A stretch of DNA of 64,000 nucleotides from an uncultured Lachnospiraceae bacterium. Lineage in GTDB: Bacteria > Bacillota > Clostridia > Lachnospirales > Lachnospiraceae. Both the position numbers and the translations under genes were made by a program. Location: assembly GCA_950097145.1 (NCBI GenBank), contig CATNCF010000010.1:536-64535 (forward strand). The letters are read 5' to 3'. This document shows, piece after piece, positions 59,970 through 64,000 of this stretch (the stretch's first letter is position 1; each line of letters opens with the position of its first letter). Below the pieces are notes generated by a model that saw nothing but the letters and a program-made list of their open reading frames with translations, was not told the DNA's origin and searched no databases.

Positions 59970-62900
59970 CTATTTGACAGTTACCTTAACCTTTTTGGTC
60001 TTTTTATTAAAAGTTGTTACTTTAATATAGGCTGTTCCTTTTTTCTTTGCCTTTACAACTCCCTTGGAATTCACAGTTACTACTTTCTTATTAGAAGAAG
60101 AATATTTCAGCACATTGCTTGCTGTTCCTTTTGGAAGCGTCACCTTAACTTTACAGGTCTGTCCTTTCTTCAATTTCTTCTTTGAAAGTGTTACTTTGGA
60201 AATTTTCTTGGGCTCTTTTTTTATGGTAATCTTGTATTCTGTCACTTGTCTGCCATTCTTATTGACTGCCTGAATGGTTACCGTACCTGTCTTCTTGGAA
60301 GATACCACACCCTTGCTGCTTACCGCTGCAATCTTCTTATTGGATGTTATATAGGTGCAGTTCTTTGTCTTTACAGAATACTTCTCTTTTAAGCCTATGG
60401 TCGCTTTCTTTTTTGTAACCTTCATTTTCACAAGATTTCCAATAGCCGTCTGCAGATTCTTGTGTGCTTGATCTACCTGGGCCTGTGTAGCATTTTTGTC
60501 ACTGGCAATTCTTTTCGCCTCACTCAAAGCTGCTGCAAATATGTTCCAGCTCTGTTTTGTATAATCAGCTTTCTTATAATTTTTCTCTGCCAAATTCGCT
60601 GCATTTGCCAGATTCTTAATAGAATCCTGGGATACTGGAGGAATTACTTCCCCGGTCTTTCCACTGTAGTTCACCTTTACAACCGTAAGGGACATGGCCG
60701 GAACTTCATAGACCAGCTTTCCGCCGCTGATGGTTGTATTAGAAGTAACTGGAGCGATCTTTTTCTGTTCCGTAATGGTATTCATATCCATAGCATTTCC
60801 GGACAGGCTGATTAATTCCACCTTTGTCCCTTCTGAAACACTTGGATAATTTAATGTAATCTCTTTGGAGTAATCTGCATGGTTGACCAATTTCGTGTAA
60901 ATATAATCATCATCTTCCGAAGATACATAATACAGATCTGTCTGATGCCCTTTCTTCTCATCATAGGACGCCGTATCAGAATTGTATTTCTCCAGCGTTG
61001 TATTAAGAATGTGCTTTCCGTAATTGTTGGAATACATAGTCTGCACATAATAGCTTGGGGTGCCGTAGCTGCTGTAAGCGTCAAATTTAATCAGGTTATA
61101 ATCCCAGTCTCTGCAGCCTTCCCGCTCAAAGAGGGGCGCATAAGAAGCATGGCGGACAATGTCGCCGTTGCGCTCAATGCCAGTCATATAAGCCGCCTCA
61201 CTGATGGCCGTATCCAGCACATTTTCTTTGGTGGAAGTAAGATGCCCTGCATACTCGCCAATAAATACATTGCTGCCGCCTTCATTCAGACGTTTGTAAC
61301 CGTCATACAGATAATCATCATTCAAAAGCGTATTGCTGCCGTCTCCGGCATAATTAATATAATAATGCTCATCCACCAGCGTCTGCCCTGGCATTTTGCT
61401 GTTAATCCAGCCCCACGCTTCTGTATTCTGGCTTCCCTGATAGTAAGGTCCCGTAGAAGAAATTAATGTAATCTTTCTGTCTGGATAATGTTCTTTGACA
61501 TAGTTCTCCACATAGTTTTTGATCCAAATATAATTGTCATAATAGGTTTTGCCCCAGTTCTCATTGCCGATTCCCAGATAATTTAAATCAAAAGGCTTCT
61601 CATGCCCATTTTGTACCCGCTTGGAGGCCCAGAATTTCTGTGTTTCATCGGCGCTTTCAGGACTTCCCCAGCAGTAATCAATAAGGTTTGTTGCATGCTC
61701 TGCAAATGGCTTGAGGGCGTCCCCTGTAAAAGGATCTGCCGTTTCGCAGAACTGGCAGAAAATTCCTGCGCTTAAAATCGGGAACGCCTGCGCCCCTAAA
61801 TCCTCACAGAGCGTCAATATCTCATGATAGCCAAACTGATAGGACATCATGTAGCCATACCTTTCTGTATAATTCACTGATTTCCAGGGACTTCCCCAGT
61901 AGCTTCCAATGGCTCTTCTCTCTTCCAGTGGCCCAACGGAATCTTCCCAATTGTAATAGCCATCGGTTCCATAGCTTCCTTCCACCACGCATCCGCCTGG
62001 GAAACGGATAAAGCTTGGATTCAATTCCTGAAGTTTTTCTACCAGGTCTTTTCTTAAGCCTTTACCGTAAGAATAGTTTTTATTGCCATAACCGTAACCG
62101 TCTGTGGGGATCAGGGATACCATATCAATATACATGGCGTCTGAACTGCCTGCCCCTTCAAAATTCAATACCAATGTACCAAGTTTTGTGTCATTTCCTG
62201 TCAATGAAGCCGTAATCTTCTCCCATTTTCCAGTCTTTTTTAATTCCAGCGCAGCTTCATTAGTAAGAGTTGTTCCGGCGTCATCCACCACGTTCAGCTT
62301 GACCGTTCCGGCATAAGCGCTGTCCGCCTTCATCCACATGGAAAAATCATATTTCTTGTCTTTCGTGATTGCCATGGCGGATTTATCCATTTTTGCCATC
62401 TCTACAAACCCATGGTTGGACAATTTCTGGCTGCCTGTAATTTTTGCATAGTTTTTATTTTTATCATTTAAACCTGCTTCTCTTTCTACGGTAAAATTAG
62501 AAGCTGCGCTGCTGTCCCAATGGAGCTTCCAGGATTTCTGATCGCCCTTTACTTCCGGCGCTGTTGCAGAATGTATATTCTGATAATTTTCAAAGGAATT
62601 ATTCTTTACCAGTTCCGTGGAAAGGCCGCCGTCTGCAGAACTGTTGATATCTTCATAAAATACGCCAAACAATTCCTGGCTGATATCAACGCCTTTATTC
62701 TTTTGATCGATGGTCATAGCATATTCTGTCGTTTTATCTGATAATACCAATATCTCAATTTCTTTGTCTTTTTTAATACTCTCGTTAGCTGCCAGCGTAC
62801 AAGTGGCTGTCATAGTAACCTTTGTATCCCAGGCTGGAGGCGTAATCTTGCCGTCGTCTGAAATTACGGCTGGATTGCTGCTCTTCCAGGTAACGTTTAC

Positions 62901-64000
62901 TTTATCATTCATTGCCTTTGCCGGCAGTGTCAGGCTCTTTCGGATACGGCTTGCCACCCTGCCTTCCTTAACTTCTGGGATTACCAGGGAACTGCCTGCT
63001 GATGACACCACAAATTCATCGCTGACATTAGAATGCACCTTCCAGCGGTATACGCCGCAGGAGTCTCCCACAACAGTCATATTCATACGGATAGATTTGG
63101 TAGAAATCTCTCCAATTGTAATCTGGTTATATTTATCATACTTTGAAAAATTTCTGCTATTGGAAATCAATTCTGCATCTTTCCATTCCCCTGCCGCATC
63201 CTTATATTGGAATCCTACATCGGAGGGAATCTTCATGCCCGCTTCACTTCCATACCAGTACACCTCAAATACTTTCGTGGTTACCGGTTCCTCCCAATCG
63301 TACTGAATCCAGCATTTGGTTCCTGCTGCCTGGGGCCAGTTCCCCCAGCCGAGGCCTGTTCCAATGGAAGAACCCGCAGGCTCAAACTCTGCATTATTGA
63401 TACCGTCCACAGTTTCCCAATCAGAGGTATAATGGGCGCTTGGCTTTGCATAAACGGCTGCATCCGGCAATTTCAAGTCTTCACTGGGCTCTTCTGGTTC
63501 TACCGGCGTTGGTTTTGGAAAATCTTCTGGCACATCGCCAAGAAGTTTCCAGTCATTTACTGCAACTGGCATCTTATTATTTCCAGACTTTGCATGTACC
63601 ATGGTAATACGGATTTTAGAAGTTGTGACTGGCTCAAACTCATAGGTTTTCTCAACGTTGCCTTCAAAAATCCAATCACCTGTTCTAGTTACTTCTGACC
63701 ATTCGCCTGCTTCTGTTTCATATTCCACCTTGATATCCGCAGGGCAGACTACCCCATTGACATCGTCGTAGAACTTAATGCTGCTTCCTTTAATTTCTGC
63801 CTTTCTGTCGCCAAAATCATACATCATCCACTGATCTTTTGCCGCAAGATCTGGATCTCCATGTGCATTCCAAAATGATTCCATATTCTCATCCGCAAAA
63901 TTATCAGCTCCCATGCCATATCCTACATAACTGACGGAAGGCTTTGCATAATCCCTCAGAGCCGGATTATCCATTTCCTCCCATTTCTCCGCTGCCAGCA
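59970..64000 (-). CDS. Large modular GH51 alpha-L-arabinofuranosidase-like protein (5' end probably beyond the window)
   Basis: FYEDIN, RFPGGC, GNENWG (acid/base), VDEHYY, IGEY (nucleophile), SYAPL; discoidin-like, Ig, FIVAR and two Big_2-like modules; frame stays open to the window edge. Confidence 0.88.
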   Translation of the reverse strand, partial: LAAEKWEEMDNPALRDYAKPSVSYVGYGMGADNFADENMESFWNAHGDPDLAAKDQWMMYDFGDRKAEIKGSSIKFYDDVNGVVCPADIKVEYETEAGEWSEVTRTGDWIFEGNVEKTYEFEPVTTSKIRITMVHAKSGNNKMPVAVNDWKLLGDVPEDFPKPTPVEPEEPSEDLKLPDAAVYAKPSAHYTSDWETVDGINNAEFEPAGSSIGTGLGWGNWPQAAGTKCWIQYDWEEPVTTKVFEVYWYGSEAGMKIPSDVGFQYKDAAGEWKDAELISNSRNFSKYDKYNQITIGEISTKSIRMNMTVVGDSCGVYRWKVHSNVSDEFVVSSAGSSLVIPEVKEGRVASRIRKSLTLPAKAMNDKVNVTWKSSNPAVISDDGKITPPAWDTKVTMTATCTLAANESIKKDKEIEILVLSDKTTEYAMTIDQKNKGVDISQELFGVFYEDINSSADGGLSTELVKNNSFENYQNIHSATAPEVKGDQKSWKLHWDSSAASNFTVEREAGLNDKNKNYAKITGSQKLSNHGFVEMAKMDKSAMAITKDKKYDFSMWMKADSAYAGTVKLNVVDDAGTTLTNEAALELKKTGKWEKITASLTGNDTKLGTLVLNFEGAGSSDAMYIDMVSLIPTDGYGYGNKNYSYGKGLRKDLVEKLQELNPSFIRFPGGCVVEGSYGTDGYYNWEDSVGPLEERRAIGSYWGSPWKSVNYTERYGYMMSYQFGYHEILTLCEDLGAQAFPILSAGIFCQFCETADPFTGDALKPFAEHATNLIDYCWGSPESADETQKFWASKRVQNGHEKPFDLNYLGIGNENWGKTYYDNYIWIKNYVENYVKEHYPDRKITLISSTGPYYQGSQNTEAWGWINSKMPGQTLVDEHYYINYAGDGSNTLLNDDYLYDGYKRLNEGGSNVFIGEYAGHLTSTKENVLDTAISEAAYMTGIERNGDIVRHASYAPLFEREGCRDWDYNLIKFDAYSSYGTPSYYVQTMYSNNYGKHILNTTLEKYNSDTASYDEKKGHQTDLYYVSSEDDDYIYTKLVNHADYSKEITLNYPSVSEGTKVELISLSGNAMDMNTITEQKKIAPVTSNTTISGGKLVYEVPAMSLTVVKVNYSGKTGEVIPPVSQDSIKNLANAANLAEKNYKKADYTKQSWNIFAAALSEAKRIASDKNATQAQVDQAHKNLQTAIGNLVKMKVTKKKATIGLKEKYSVKTKNCTYITSNKKIAAVSSKGVVSSKKTGTVTIQAVNKNGRQVTEYKITIKKEPKKISKVTLSKKKLKKGQTCKVKVTLPKGTASNVLKYSSSNKKVVTVNSKGVVKAKKKGTAYIKVTTFNKKTKKVKVTVK

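Noticed and set aside
63974-64000. ATG at 63974 as the true start of the GH51 gene
   Set aside because: GGAGG lies only 2 nt from the ATG, the frame is open to the window edge, and no signal peptide follows.

Overview
Mostly core chromosome of a spore-forming, probably motile Clostridia member. Gene content and order look Lachnospiraceae-like (inference). Housekeeping blocks: ilvE; thyA-folA-AEC transporter-ilvB-ilvN-isochorismatase; ackA-yceD-rpmF-plsX-acpP-rnc-smc-ftsY-ilvA; glf-apt-ispF-GNAT-cysE-cysS-mrnC-rlmB-sigH-tRNA-Thr; pdxR/pdxST; glgP; tRNA-Gly; csp; lspA. Also present are a LacI-controlled GH31 glycosidase, large secreted proteins (beta-helix, LRR, modular GH51) and sporulation genes (sleC 5' end, Csp-type S8 protease, a 50-aa sigmaG-type gene missed by the ORF track). 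No CRISPR array, rRNA, transposase or integrase was seen. Three things stand out. (1) Beside tRNA-Thr lie two ~310-bp cassettes, each bounded by 18-bp inverted repeats that double as the -35 box and as the terminator arm. They share a promoter/leader/RBS chassis but carry dissimilar ~60-aa ORFs, and a third copy of the chassis sits 13 kb away in front of a NYN-domain gene. (2) A signal-peptide-less ParB/Srx-fold + BMP ligand-binding fusion is coupled to a metallophosphoesterase. (3) Several short IR-bounded intergenic elements occur, one with a clean 8-bp target duplication in the sfsA translation initiation region. All product calls come from motif recognition by eye; no database searches were run.
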